Shown here: positions 43,349-53,416 of the stretch, in pieces
Position numbering within the stretch: the stretch's first letter is position 1
Layout: each line of letters starts with the position of its first letter
IMG/VR virus record: IMGVR_UViG_3300035523_000151
Location: 1 to 62,152 of that record
Direction: 5' to 3' (one strand)
Length of the DNA: 62,152 nucleotides
Origin: a virus
Lineage: Duplodnaviria; Caudoviricetes
Notes under the pieces: generated by a model
Told to the model about the DNA's origin: nothing
The model's input: only the letters and a program-made list of their open reading frames with translations
Database searches by the model: none
Program-made: the position numbers and the translations under genes

Positions 43349-44995
43349 CTAAATCCACCGGTCACGCCAGGTGACGGTCGTCACCCCAGCGGCGGCAGCG
43401 GTGATTGTGTTGTCGCCGGGCTGGAGCGTCGGGAACGTACCGGAAAACCCGCTCAGGGCGTTGACGCCGTTAAATGTGACGGTCATCCGCGCGCCGTCCA
43501 CCACCAGGGAATCACCAGCACCCACGGTACCGGTCCAGGTAAACGCAGCGCCTGCCACGGTGACGGCGGGGTTCGTAATCGGCCCCCGAATGGCTACAGT
43601 GACGGGCGTTTCAACGTTGCCCTCGCACGTGGCGGTACCCGAACCGGTCAGGCTCTGGAGCACTGACCCCAGATACATGGGCTGTGAAGCCTTGAGCGGA
43701 ATCGTAAACTCCAGGTAGTCGGCGTACTCCTCGGGCTGGACGTTGCCCGCCACCCGCACCTGCAGGTAGCGGTCAGGGTCGTCCTCCCACGCGATATTCC
43801 AGACGCCCAGGGCGGGCCGGAGCCAACCGGCAACATACCGCTTCAGGGCCGTTTTCTGGGCCGCTGTCAGACCGCCCGCAGACGCTACCCGCAATTCCAG
43901 ACCACGGGCGCCAACATCGGCGCCGAAATCCACGGAGCCGGAACGGGCAGGGATGTCCTCGGTCTGCTCGCGCACACTCGGCAGAATGTCCTCGCGGCCA
44001 CCCTGGAGCAGGATCACTCCCAGCGGGTCCACGCGGCCGTCCGAACGGACATAAACGTGGATGGCCAGCAGGTTCAGGACCGCATCGACGCCGGTCCCAG
44101 TGTCGGCGATGGTTGCCAAAGCGGCGCCTACGCTCGCGGCGTCGGTTCCTGCGCCAGTCTCGGTAAGTGTGGAGAGCGTAGCCAGGACGGATGCGGCATC
44201 GACTCCTGCGCCCGTATCCGCCAGGAGCATAGTGACGAGGGCAGAGACGCCGTCAGCACCCAGCCCGGTGTCCGCCAAGGCCGCGATTGTCGCTCGGACG
44301 GAGGCGGCGTCGGCGCCGGCGCCGGTGTCTGCGATGGTGGATGGAGTCGCAACGATCGCAGCGACGTCCGCGCCGAGTCCGGTGTCAAGGGATGGGTCGT
44401 AGACAGCGCCGGAGCCTACGGCGGCCTGGGCGGTTTGAGCGCCTTCAGGAACTCCAACACCTACCGCACACGAGACTGCATCCACACCGGAGCCGGTGTC
44501 AGACGCACTCACCGACCACGGAGATTCGGACATGGTCACTTCTAACCACACCTGTGATACACGCTGTCCCGCCAGACCAGAGTCAACCCCGAACGACAGG
44601 GCGTTGATGTCCGCGAGGGCCCACGGCGGCGAACCCAGGGATGGACGGGCGGCCCAGGTGTAGGACACAAGTACATAACTGGTACCGCTAATGTTCGAGA
44701 GGCTGCCACTCGCACCGTAACCCGGCCCAGCAACGCGTACCCACGCAGACTGTGCCGCCCCTGCCCCTGCTGGTTTATACATCGCCTTGACAGTCACGGA
44801 TACCGGCGTGCCCGTACTCAGGGGCAGCGTAGTAAACAACGCCGCATCAGTACCGGCAGCCTCGATATAGGTAGCGTCGTCGTCCGACACATCGTCGTCG
44901 ACTTTGTCCCACAGCGTGGATGGGCTGACGGGATACGGAGCCCAGCTGCCCGCTGCGACGTCGCCGGTCGGGCGAAGGATCAGTGTGGTAGGCAT
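43349..44995 (-). CDS. Distal tail (Dit) protein with an N-terminal domain and DTGxGxD repeats
   Basis: C-terminal Dit pattern (DIPARSGSVDFG, DDPDRYLQVR, FTIPLKASQP, GNVETPV, FPTLQPGDNTI, WRDRWI). Confidence 0.75.
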   Translation of the reverse strand: MPTTLILRPTGDVAAGSWAPYPVSPSTLWDKVDDDVSDDDATYIEAAGTDAALFTTLPLSTGTPVSVTVKAMYKPAGAGAAQSAWVRVAGPGYGASGSLSNISGTSYVLVSYTWAARPSLGSPPWALADINALSFGVDSGLAGQRVSQVWLEVTMSESPWSVSASDTGSGVDAVSCAVGVGVPEGAQTAQAAVGSGAVYDPSLDTGLGADVAAIVATPSTIADTGAGADAASVRATIAALADTGLGADGVSALVTMLLADTGAGVDAASVLATLSTLTETGAGTDAASVGAALATIADTGTGVDAVLNLLAIHVYVRSDGRVDPLGVILLQGGREDILPSVREQTEDIPARSGSVDFGADVGARGLELRVASAGGLTAAQKTALKRYVAGWLRPALGVWNIAWEDDPDRYLQVRVAGNVQPEEYADYLEFTIPLKASQPMYLGSVLQSLTGSGTATCEGNVETPVTVAIRGPITNPAVTVAGAAFTWTGTVGAGDSLVVDGARMTVTFNGVNALSGFSGTFPTLQPGDNTITAAAAGVTTVTWRDRWI

Positions 44996-45007
44996 CAGAT
45001 CGCCGCC

Positions 45008-45550
45008 TTAGCTAATGGCGCCAGTCATAGTCAGGACCCAGGTGTCGCCGGAGGCTTTGGCACCGTGGTCCTCCACCTTGCGGTTCAACGTCTTACCGGC
45101 CGCAGCGCCGTTGTCGGCCACGAACTCTTTCCAACCGTGGTTGCCGACCGCTGGGCCGGCTGTCGCTTTGAACGTCACTGTCTGACCGGACACCTGCGGA
45201 TAGGTAGCATCCATGACCAGATAAGTCTTGTTCACCGCCGCCTGGAGATCGGTCTGCGTCGCAACTGCGACGGCGGTGCTGTCACCGACCCCCAACCGAG
45301 CGTTGGCGTTGTTGAAGGCCGTCGTGCCGCCAGCACCGACGAGCAGATTGAGCAACTCGGTGATGCCTTCGTTGAGGAGCAGGTTGCCCGCCACCGCTTC
45401 CACGGCAAACAGGTTCTCAGGCCGGGCCTCGCCGTGGTACTTGTGGATGGTCCACTCGGGCTTCCACCGACCCTTGTCGCTCATCGTGAGACCCAGGAGC
45501 GCCGCCTTGGCCGCGTGGAGCGCATCGACGAGCCGCTTGATCAGGTCCAT
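45008..45550 (-). CDS. Conserved tail/baseplate protein
   Basis: NLLLNEG...LGVGDST...TDLQ...LNRKV; follows the tape measure. Confidence 0.6.
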   Translation of the reverse strand: MDLIKRLVDALHAAKAALLGLTMSDKGRWKPEWTIHKYHGEARPENLFAVEAVAGNLLLNEGITELLNLLVGAGGTTAFNNANARLGVGDSTAVAVATQTDLQAAVNKTYLVMDATYPQVSGQTVTFKATAGPAVGNHGWKEFVADNGAAAGKTLNRKVEDHGAKASGDTWVLTMTGAIS

Positions 45551-45554
45551 GTCA

Positions 45555-48500
45555 TCAACCTCCTGTCGGTGTGGGAACCAGTTTGGTTATCTGCCGGGCG
45601 ACGCCGCGCCCGAGCATGTCCACGTCAACCGGATCGTCCAAATAGGCGTTCTCGGCGCCGTAGACCCGTACATCGCCCGCGGGTCGGGACTGAATTGCAG
45701 CGATCATGCGCTCGGCCATGGACTCAATCGCTGCCGGCAGGCCGGCTATGGAGGGAGCGAAATTGCGGAACGCCTCGGCGGCGTAGGCGGGTAATACGGT
45801 CTCGCCCTGGTGGAGTTGCGCCAGCAGGCCATCCGTGTTGATCTCCCAGGCGCCCTTGGCGAAGCCGGGGATATCCCGGCCCAGGAAATTCTCGATGTTC
45901 TTCTTGGCGTCGTCGTAGGTCATGCCGTAGAACTGCGAAAGCAGCCGCGCGGCCTGTTCGTACTGGCCGCTGGCAGCCATCGCTTTAGCCTGATCCATGG
46001 CGCTCAGGCCGGGGACAGGGGACCCGCCGGGGGTCGTAGAGGGCAGGGCGGCGGTAACGGCTTGCTGGGCGGCCTGCATCGCCGCCTGGGCGGCGGTGGT
46101 GACGGTGTTGATCGTTGCCAGGACGGCGGTAAAGTCGCCGGTTTTCAGCCCGGCGATCAGTTGGCCGATCATGCCTTCGCCGGTACTGAACCACTGCGGA
46201 TCGGTGGCGGCGAGGGTGGCGATGGTGTCCAGGATGCCGCTTTCGGTGATGCGCTTGACCTCTTTGTAATGTGCTTCCAGGTCCCGGCGCTGCGCCTTGG
46301 CTGCGTCCTGGGCCTTGTCCCGCTCGTCCTTGGCGCCCTGCTCGGCGGTATCGATCTTCTCCTGGATACCGCGCTTCTGGTCATCCAGCTTCCAATCGTC
46401 CTGTTGCTGTTGCCAGCGCAGGTTCTTTTCGGCGATTTGAGCGTCGATGCGCTCCAGGGCCGCCTTGTGATCCGCGCCTAATCGGAGCGCTTCTTTGTTG
46501 CGCTCCTTCTGAAGCTCCTTGAGTTCACGATTGTGCTCGGCCTCGGCGCGAGTCCGGTCGGTGGTGCGGTTCTGATCTTCAAGGTCCTTCAGTTGCTTCT
46601 TTAACGGATCGATGGTGCTTTTCAGACGTTTGTCGATGCCGTCGAGCTTGCCATCCAGATCGGCGCTAACCTTATCCATGGCGTCACTGTAGGCCGTCTG
46701 GATCTTGTCGGCTTCCTTCTGGATTTTCTGCCCGTAGACACCGATGATCTGCTCCTGCAGAGCGCTGGCCTGTTCGGTGCTCAGAGTCATCTCCTTGAGC
46801 ATCTGCCGGAGCAAGGCGATTTGCTGATCAACGGAGAGCTTCTTCATGGCCACTTCATGGCGCATGGCAGCCGTCGCCGACTGATAGGCCTGATCAGCAA
46901 TCTTGGTCTGTGCCTCGCGCAGGGTCTGTTGGGCCTTCCCCGCCGTCGCCTCAGCATCGGCGATGGACTGTTCATCCCGCCACCAGGCGGCGGAGTTCTG
47001 GTAGATGGAGGCGGTCAGCCGCTCCGTCTCCGTGCGGAGGGCGGCACTGGCGTCGGCGTAGTCGTTCGCTTTGACGGTGCCGGCGTCGAACTGCGCATCC
47101 AAGGCCGCCTGCTTCGCCGCCAGGGTCGTCAGCATCGCCCGGTTGGCGTCGTTGCTCTGGTGCAGAGCGGTCTGCTGGGCGTAGAGCTGAGTCAGGATCT
47201 GCGTCCGGGCGTTCTCGGCCCCGGCAAGGGCCTCCACACCAGCCCGGCCGTCACTCAACATGGCCAGATAGTAGGTTTGCTTGGCGTTCAGGGTGTCCAG
47301 TTCGCCACCGACACCGGAGAGGGCGCTTTTGAACGGGTCCAGGGCGGTCATAGTCTCCTGGAGCCCGGCCTTGAAGGTGGAAATCCAGGTCGGCGGCTTG
47401 TCGCCCGTACCGAGGCCGGAGGCATCCAGACCGCCGCTGCTGCCGGCGATTGCCTGCGCACGCTGATAGCGCCGCTGCGCCGCCATCTCGTCCAGGGCTG
47501 TCATCTCATGAGGGCCGTTTACCACCGCATTCGTCCGAGTCAGCAGCGCCTCGGCCTCAGCAATTTCCTGTTGCGAAGCCGCCAACTTCTTGATGAGCTG
47601 CAGGAGTTCTCCGCCCTGAGTGGCGCGAACCTCATTTCTGTCCTGCGGCGGAGTGACGAACTTGCCGCCAGGAGAGACAAACGGCAATTTACCGGCATCG
47701 ATCTGGCCCTGCTGTTCGGCTACCTGCCGCTGCAGGTCTGCGGCCTCTGCCCGCAGCTTGGGCAGCCGGGCGGCGGAGGCCGAAGCGGCGGCCTTGGTCA
47801 GCGTCTGCGACTGTTGGAGCATCCGGTCCAGTGCGATGTTGGTGCCCTGCAGGGCGGCCCCGAGGTTGGTCACCTCACCGGTCATCTGATTGATCCCCAG
47901 AGCCGCCTCAGGAGCGATCTTCGCGATTTCGCCGGCGACCTGCTTAAGGCGGGTCTGTTCATCGGCGGTCGGCGTTGTCTTGGCCGCCAGGGTCTCCAGC
48001 TCACGGCGCAGTTCCCGGAGCCGGTCAGCCTGGGATTTCAGTTGCTCAGCGTGATCGGCGCCGGCGAGGGTGGCCTGCTCCTGGCCGGCATGATAAGTCC
48101 GCCACGCCAGATAGCCAATCCCCAGGGCGGTCGCGACGAGGCCAACAATACCCGCGACGCCACCAAACGCAGCCGTAGCCCCGGTGGCTGCGGCAGTGGT
48201 TGCGGTGGCAGCTCCGGATACTCCCTTGAGAAACGTCACAACGCTGCCAAGACCCGACAGAGTCTGAACCGCACGCGCTACCGCTACCAGGGCAGTTACA
48301 AGTCCGGCGCCGCCCAGAATCAGTTCGATGACCGTCCGCGTGCCCTTGTCCAGGTGCAGGAATCCATTCACCAGCTTATCCAGGAACCCAATCACGCTCA
48401 CGATAGCCGGCTGCAAATCACTGCCGATGGCGATCGCGGCCCGCTGCGTGTTGCCCGACAAACGGCGCATGGCGCCGTCCAGGGTTTCGGACATGGCGTC

Positions 48501-49688
48501 GGCCATACGCTTCGCAGAACCGTCCGCGTTATCAAACTGCCCGGCCAACTCGGCCAGGTGCCCGGAGCCCATCTGCATAGAGGAGGCCATGGCCCGAATG
48601 CCATCGCTGCCCATAATGGTCGTCAGGGCCATCGTCCGAGCCTGCTGGTTGTAGGGCGCCAGTGCCCGTTCAAATTCGGCGACGATCTCGGACCACTGCT
48701 TCATGTTGCCGCTGGCGTCGAAAATCTTGATGCCGAGCTTGTCTATCAGGCCGGCGGCCTCGGTGCTCGGGGCGCTCAGGTGCAGCATCGCGGCCCGGAC
48801 GCTTGTGGCGGCGTCCTGGGCGTGGGCACCGGCATTGCGCAGCGCCGCAACGGCCGCCAGGGTCTGACCCAACCCCTGGCCGGCCATCCCCGCCACCGGG
48901 CCGATGGAGGCCAGAGCGTAGACCAGATCACGACCGCCCAGCGTCGTCCGGTTCATCGCCTCTGCGAACGCATCGGTGATTTTGTCGGCCTGGCTGAACG
49001 GAATCTGGAACGAGGAAGCGGCGGCGATCACGGCCTGCGCAGCGTCGGCCTGGTCGATCATGGCTGCCGTCGCAAACCGGAGCACCTCCGGCGACGCAGC
49101 CAGAACATCGTTCGCGGCCAGACCAGCGCTGCCCAGGTCCCGATACACCTGGGCCAGTTCCTGCGGGCCGTACATGCCCCTAGTGGCGGCCATAGCGGCC
49201 CGATCCAGGGCACCGGTATAGTCCTCAGAGATCAGGCTGGCCTGGGTTATGCTGGCGCCATACTCGCGGGTCTGGGCAACGATGCCCCGCACCGCTATCT
49301 GGAAGCCTCTCAGAAACCCGAGCGCCCCCAGCGTCTGGTAGAACTCCTGGAGGGCGTCGCCGGCGCCTTTGGCCTCGTCCTTTTGCTCCTTGAAGCCCTT
49401 CCCGGCCTGGCCAGCAGCCTGCCCGGCTTTTTGAGCTTCGGCCGCTGCCCGCTTATTGGCCTCGGCGACCTGATTCAGCGGCAAGAAGAGGCCGTTAGCC
49501 GACTGCTTATACCCATCGGTTTGCTTCATGGCGGTGCCAAACGCCTGATTCAGCCGATTAGAAGCGGCGGCCGTCTGGTCGGCGGCCTGCTGCACGCGCC
49601 CCAGGCTCTGAGCGGTGGACTGGAGGCCCTGTTGGGCCTGGTTGTACGCCCTGGTGATGATACTGAGTTCCTGCGCCATGCCGCCCAT
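45555..49688 (-). CDS. Tape measure protein (TP901 family)
   Basis: ~1380 aa, Ala-rich helical; TP901 core (LGSAG, LRFATA, D.FAEAMN.T, GIKIFDASGNMK); GFAKG...LHQGETVLP tail. Confidence 0.93.
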   Translation of the reverse strand: MGGMAQELSIITRAYNQAQQGLQSTAQSLGRVQQAADQTAAASNRLNQAFGTAMKQTDGYKQSANGLFLPLNQVAEANKRAAAEAQKAGQAAGQAGKGFKEQKDEAKGAGDALQEFYQTLGALGFLRGFQIAVRGIVAQTREYGASITQASLISEDYTGALDRAAMAATRGMYGPQELAQVYRDLGSAGLAANDVLAASPEVLRFATAAMIDQADAAQAVIAAASSFQIPFSQADKITDAFAEAMNRTTLGGRDLVYALASIGPVAGMAGQGLGQTLAAVAALRNAGAHAQDAATSVRAAMLHLSAPSTEAAGLIDKLGIKIFDASGNMKQWSEIVAEFERALAPYNQQARTMALTTIMGSDGIRAMASSMQMGSGHLAELAGQFDNADGSAKRMADAMSETLDGAMRRLSGNTQRAAIAIGSDLQPAIVSVIGFLDKLVNGFLHLDKGTRTVIELILGGAGLVTALVAVARAVQTLSGLGSVVTFLKGVSGAATATTAAATGATAAFGGVAGIVGLVATALGIGYLAWRTYHAGQEQATLAGADHAEQLKSQADRLRELRRELETLAAKTTPTADEQTRLKQVAGEIAKIAPEAALGINQMTGEVTNLGAALQGTNIALDRMLQQSQTLTKAAASASAARLPKLRAEAADLQRQVAEQQGQIDAGKLPFVSPGGKFVTPPQDRNEVRATQGGELLQLIKKLAASQQEIAEAEALLTRTNAVVNGPHEMTALDEMAAQRRYQRAQAIAGSSGGLDASGLGTGDKPPTWISTFKAGLQETMTALDPFKSALSGVGGELDTLNAKQTYYLAMLSDGRAGVEALAGAENARTQILTQLYAQQTALHQSNDANRAMLTTLAAKQAALDAQFDAGTVKANDYADASAALRTETERLTASIYQNSAAWWRDEQSIADAEATAGKAQQTLREAQTKIADQAYQSATAAMRHEVAMKKLSVDQQIALLRQMLKEMTLSTEQASALQEQIIGVYGQKIQKEADKIQTAYSDAMDKVSADLDGKLDGIDKRLKSTIDPLKKQLKDLEDQNRTTDRTRAEAEHNRELKELQKERNKEALRLGADHKAALERIDAQIAEKNLRWQQQQDDWKLDDQKRGIQEKIDTAEQGAKDERDKAQDAAKAQRRDLEAHYKEVKRITESGILDTIATLAATDPQWFSTGEGMIGQLIAGLKTGDFTAVLATINTVTTAAQAAMQAAQQAVTAALPSTTPGGSPVPGLSAMDQAKAMAASGQYEQAARLLSQFYGMTYDDAKKNIENFLGRDIPGFAKGAWEINTDGLLAQLHQGETVLPAYAAEAFRNFAPSIAGLPAAIESMAERMIAAIQSRPAGDVRVYGAENAYLDDPVDVDMLGRGVARQITKLVPTPTGG

Positions 49689-49703
49689 CGTGCCGGTCAC
49701 CTC

Positions 49704-50012
49704 CTACCGTCGCAGCACCCACCCGGACCCGGCGCGCGTCTTGTGCGGCTCCTGCCGCTCCTGCTCCTGCAGCCAGTCCGCCCAGCGCCGCCAGGTGCGG
49801 TAGGTGCGGTACACCTCTGCACCAGGCAGAGCGATGTTCTTATAGCCGGCCATCTGCCAGACGCTGCGCAACTCCAGCCAGAGCGACCAGAGCCGGCGTT
49901 GATCCGCGGTCCAGTCAGCCGGCGCACCGGCAAACGGAAGCCCGCCCTCTGCTGGCAGAGAGCGGGCAATCGACAGCCACTCCTGGGACCGGGTCAGGAT
50001 CGGGAGAAAAAA
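49704..50012 (-). CDS. Tail assembly chaperone GT extension reached by -1 frameshift
   Basis: Slippery T-TTT-TTC at 50012-50006; -1 frame open for ~100 codons (FLPILTRSQEWLSIAR...WVLRR*) ending at the tape-measure RBS. Confidence 0.8.
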   Translation of the reverse strand, partial: FFLPILTRSQEWLSIARSLPAEGGLPFAGAPADWTADQRRLWSLWLELRSVWQMAGYKNIALPGAEVYRTYRTWRRWADWLQEQERQEPHKTRAGSGWVLRR

Positions 50013-50686
50013 TCGGACACCTGCCCCTCGCGGAACTGGTACCAGGCCGTCAGCAGGTCCACCAACGGTTCAACCACGGACAACTCTTCGATGGTGGCGA
50101 GGTAGGACTTGCCGTCCTCACCGATTGCGCCCATGAGGATCTCAGCGACCTGCTGATCACGGCGAGCAGCGAACTCGGCCGTCTGCTGGCGCAGGTGCTG
50201 CTCCAACTGCTCAATCTGGTGAATCTGGTTCAGTTCCTCGCGCTCCTCGTCGGTGAGGGCGGCGTAGAGCAGTTCAATCACGCGCTTGCCGCGAGCTTCG
50301 ATTGCTGCCATGCGCTCCGCCTGCACCTCCAGCGGCAACTCGGCCACTTCGGCGGGCGTGAGCTGATCGTACGGGCCGATCAGATCTTCGGTGAGGGCGG
50401 ACATCTGCTTGGCGTAGAGAGCACCCTTGCGCTTCAGGACAGCTACGGACAGACCGGAGGCCTCCACGGCCTTGCGCAGGTTCTGCTGCAGCAGGTGCTC
50501 CGAAGGCAGTCCTTCGGCCATATAGCCCATGAGCGCCCTGGAGTAGGCCCGGCTGGACTGGCCGCGCTCGCCCAGGGTCAAGGGACGGAAAAACAGCCCC
50601 GGCAGGGCTGGAATGGTCACGGGAATGGGATTGGCTGCGGCGGTTTGGAAGCGCCGTTCAACTTGGTGCTGAGTCAACTCGGTCAT
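49994..50686 (-). CDS. Tail assembly chaperone (G)
   Basis: Between the major tail and tape measure genes; ends at the slippery site. Confidence 0.75.
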   Translation of the reverse strand: MTELTQHQVERRFQTAAANPIPVTIPALPGLFFRPLTLGERGQSSRAYSRALMGYMAEGLPSEHLLQQNLRKAVEASGLSVAVLKRKGALYAKQMSALTEDLIGPYDQLTPAEVAELPLEVQAERMAAIEARGKRVIELLYAALTDEEREELNQIHQIEQLEQHLRQQTAEFAARRDQQVAEILMGAIGEDGKSYLATIEELSVVEPLVDLLTAWYQFREGQVSDFFSRS

Positions 50687-50821
50687 GGTGGCGAATTCCC
50701 CTTTCGTTCGCTATCCCCAAATGGATTGGCGGGCCCGGCGGTGGGGGCCGCCTGTCCCTGCCCGGAGCCCCGGCCGGAGCCCCGGCAGGTCAGGCCCGCC
50801 AAGAGTGTTCAGTCAGTTGGC

Positions 50822-51523
50822 CTACGCCACCGCGTAGACAACCAGCACCTTCTCCGTGGCGGTAGCGCCGCTCAGGAGAGTGATGGCGGACGTGGTCTCT
50901 GTGTAGTCGGTGGTCTTGGCGAGCGGAGTGACCGTCTTCGTGCCGCTGGTCTGACGCAGAACGGCAAGAGCGATCATGCTGTCGTTGGGATCCTGGTAGG
51001 CCGCATTGGCGAGGGTCAGAACCGTCACAGGAATCGCGTTGCCCGCAAACACCTGAATGACAATCTTTTTGCCCTTGAACTCCTTGGCCCACCGCCCCTG
51101 GAAGTTGTAGCTCTTGGCGTCGGGGCTGACGGCATGCCCTTTGTTCTCCACCTTGGTGAAGGACACGAAACGTCCCGTCAGTGGAGTCGTGCCATCTTCG
51201 TCGTAGGAGTTGGCGACGAGATAAAGCGGGAAGTTCCGCTTGGGATCGTCCACGACATGCGTGGCAACGGGGTCACCGTTCCACAGGGCCTTGAGGGCGT
51301 TGTAGCCTTCGATGCCCTCAATGGTCACGCTGCCGGCCTCGCCCATGTACGTACTGGTAACGGCCACCGGGCCGGTGTTCCCAAAGTTCTGGGCACCGCG
51401 GCGGGTCACCGTGGTTTCCGAGTTGGTGCTGAACGCGGTGACACCAGGGATTTTTTCCTGGTAGGCATAGGGGCCGAAAGCGGCATGAAAGTCAGCACGG
51501 GCAACTTCTTCGATGTAACCCAT
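50822..51523 (-). CDS. Major tail protein
   Basis: Position; Thr/Gly-rich; strong codon bias; followed by hairpins. Confidence 0.7.
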   Translation of the reverse strand: MGYIEEVARADFHAAFGPYAYQEKIPGVTAFSTNSETTVTRRGAQNFGNTGPVAVTSTYMGEAGSVTIEGIEGYNALKALWNGDPVATHVVDDPKRNFPLYLVANSYDEDGTTPLTGRFVSFTKVENKGHAVSPDAKSYNFQGRWAKEFKGKKIVIQVFAGNAIPVTVLTLANAAYQDPNDSMIALAVLRQTSGTKTVTPLAKTTDYTETTSAITLLSGATATEKVLVVYAVA

Positions 51524-51690
51524 TAGCTGTCAATCTCCTTCCGACCGGTCTTGACCGGCTTAGGTTCAACCGGAGCCGAGGCCTCAGGCTGGAGCGTTAC
51601 GGTTGCCCCACACTGGGAGCAGATTGCCTCAACCGGCTTGGACAGGGGCTTGTCAGGCACAAACTCAAACCCGCACGCACACTTGGTCAT
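51523..51690 (-). CDS. Small Zn-ribbon protein (55 aa)
   Basis: MTKCACGFEF...CSQCG, translated by hand; overlaps both neighbours. Confidence 0.55.
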   Translation of the reverse strand: MTKCACGFEFVPDKPLSKPVEAICSQCGATVTLQPEASAPVEPKPVKTGRKEIDS

Positions 51691-52163
51691 AAAACTGGCA
51701 CCTCCGCAGCAACCTCCCAGGTGAGGAATGCCGATTTGAACCGAGGCTGACCCTCGGCTTCCAACAGGGTCGTATCGAATTGTCCGAACGAAACGAACCC
51801 GGCATCAACCGGATTCGGATTGGCGGTATCGGGATCCAGAAGCCATTTGCGCCGAACAAAACGTTTGCCACTTACGGCTGACGAAATGAGCCCGGCGTAG
51901 TACACGGCCTGGTTGAACGTCGCCGACTCAGTCCGCACCTCGCACTCGACCACAAGGGTCTCCCGGCGGGCTCCGGCCGGCGACTGCGGCGTCTGGTTGC
52001 CCAGGTGGCGTGTCGGCTGCCCCTTATCGCCCAGCACGCGGACCACCAGGCCTGGATATGGGCCGACACCGGGCTGCAGGCTCTGGTAGTCGTCAAACGC
52101 GATGAGGAGCCCCAGGCCGAGGCCATCGAACACCTTATTGAGCGAAACCCGCGTGTTAAGCAC
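51687..52163 (-). CDS. Putative tail terminator
   Basis: Position in the head-tail module. Confidence 0.55.
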   Translation of the reverse strand: MLNTRVSLNKVFDGLGLGLLIAFDDYQSLQPGVGPYPGLVVRVLGDKGQPTRHLGNQTPQSPAGARRETLVVECEVRTESATFNQAVYYAGLISSAVSGKRFVRRKWLLDPDTANPNPVDAGFVSFGQFDTTLLEAEGQPRFKSAFLTWEVAAEVPVL

Positions 52164-52824
52164 CCGGCGCGGTCATCTCCTTTCCCTGCAGGGCCAACGT
52201 CACAGCCCTCTGGCAGGCCTCGTAGAAGTACTGCCTGATGTCCGGAACGTTGCGTCGGAAAAATCCTCTGCCCTTCACATGGGTCCGGATGCCGGCACGG
52301 CGATTGATCGCCACGTTGGCCCCGGCCGTACGGTACGTTCGGACCACCTTGCGCATGGGATCCCGCAGGTCCCGCTTGTAGTAGGTCTGCGTAACGTCCC
52401 GAGCTCCAGGAACAGCACGCCCTCCGGGTCCCCGCTTCAGAATGCCGGTGGCGAACAGGAAGCGGAGTTGCTTCGGCGTCAGGTGTTTCGGCCCGGTAGC
52501 CGTAAACCCAAATTCCTGGTAAACGGCATACTCCACGATGGTGCCGATCACGCCCGTCAGGCCGGATATCCTGGTCAGGCTCTTGCGCCGGCCTTCGCCT
52601 GCGCCAGGGCCAATACCGGTATCCAGAATTTGACCGCCGATTGACGCCTTGAGCAGGCCGGTGTTGACCGGTGTGTCCAGGGCGATACGCGTGATGCCGA
52701 ACAGGACCGTTTCGGCCACTGCGGCCCGGAGGTTATGGTTCAGCAGATCCTGCAGGCCGATGATCCGGCCCTGAAGCTCCTTAAAACCGTTGAATTCAAT
52801 TTCGAACAGAGCGCCGGGTTGCAC
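52156..52824 (-). CDS. HK97 gp10-like neck protein
   Basis: TPVNTGLLKASI...VEYAVYQEFG. Confidence 0.75.
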   Translation of the reverse strand: MQPGALFEIEFNGFKELQGRIIGLQDLLNHNLRAAVAETVLFGITRIALDTPVNTGLLKASIGGQILDTGIGPGAGEGRRKSLTRISGLTGVIGTIVEYAVYQEFGFTATGPKHLTPKQLRFLFATGILKRGPGGRAVPGARDVTQTYYKRDLRDPMRKVVRTYRTAGANVAINRRAGIRTHVKGRGFFRRNVPDIRQYFYEACQRAVTLALQGKEMTAPGA

Positions 52825-52840
52825 CGGTCATCACCGCCGA

Positions 52841-53212
52841 TCAGGCCCGCTTACACCGGAGCCACCAGGTCAGAGTCGCGCCACCCAGCGCGGCCGAATA
52901 AATCTCTGTCACCTGCCAGGTCACACCCTGGTACACAATTTGGTCTCGGGCGTCAACCGCATCCCGGCGGACTCCGAACGTGAAGTCGCCGATCTGGAAC
53001 ACACCGCCGGCGGCTTGGACCTCCTCGGCGGTGAACTCGTGGACGATAGCCGTGGTAGCCTGGTTGATGTAGGTGACCGTGGCCGGGATGCTCAGAACCG
53101 GATTTCCGCCGGCGGCGCCGGCATAGACCCGGTAGGTGATTGGCCGTTCAACATCCGGAGCGATCAGGGCCAGCATTCGGGCCATGAAGGCATTGTCGGC
53201 GTCGGTTAACAT
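52841..53212 (-). CDS. Putative head closure protein
   Basis: Position; DQIVYQGVTWQV. Confidence 0.55.
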   Translation of the reverse strand: MLTDADNAFMARMLALIAPDVERPITYRVYAGAAGGNPVLSIPATVTYINQATTAIVHEFTAEEVQAAGGVFQIGDFTFGVRRDAVDARDQIVYQGVTWQVTEIYSAALGGATLTWWLRCKRA

Positions 53213-53403
53213 TTGATCACCTTCGGATATGGCACCAACCCGCGGTTGATCTCGTAGGCGTACTGGATTGCAGAAACCTCGTGTATTTCCAACTCTCTTC
53301 CAATTCTGCCCTCAAGCAAGCGAGTTAGCTCGGCCGTGGTGTATGGCTTTTCATTCATGAAGTAGCACGCCAGCGCCACGATGATGTCTGCCCGGTATCC
53401 CAC
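53206..53403 (-). CDS. Small hypothetical protein
   Basis: GGAGG RBS; AT-richer insert in the head module. Confidence 0.4.
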   Translation of the reverse strand: MGYRADIIVALACYFMNEKPYTTAELTRLLEGRIGRELEIHEVSAIQYAYEINRGLVPYPKVIKC

Positions 53404-53416
53404 AAAACTCGCCTCC

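Noticed and set aside
49697-49969. 90-aa minus-strand ORF in the track
   Set aside because: The alternative frame reached by the -1 slip is more protein-like and fits the G/GT paradigm.
46821-50105. 1094-aa + strand ORF (similarly 55650-57407, 57504-60089, 50195-51526, and 19404-20822 on -)
   Set aside because: Antisense shadows of well-supported genes, expected from GC-rich codon bias; no motifs or RBS.
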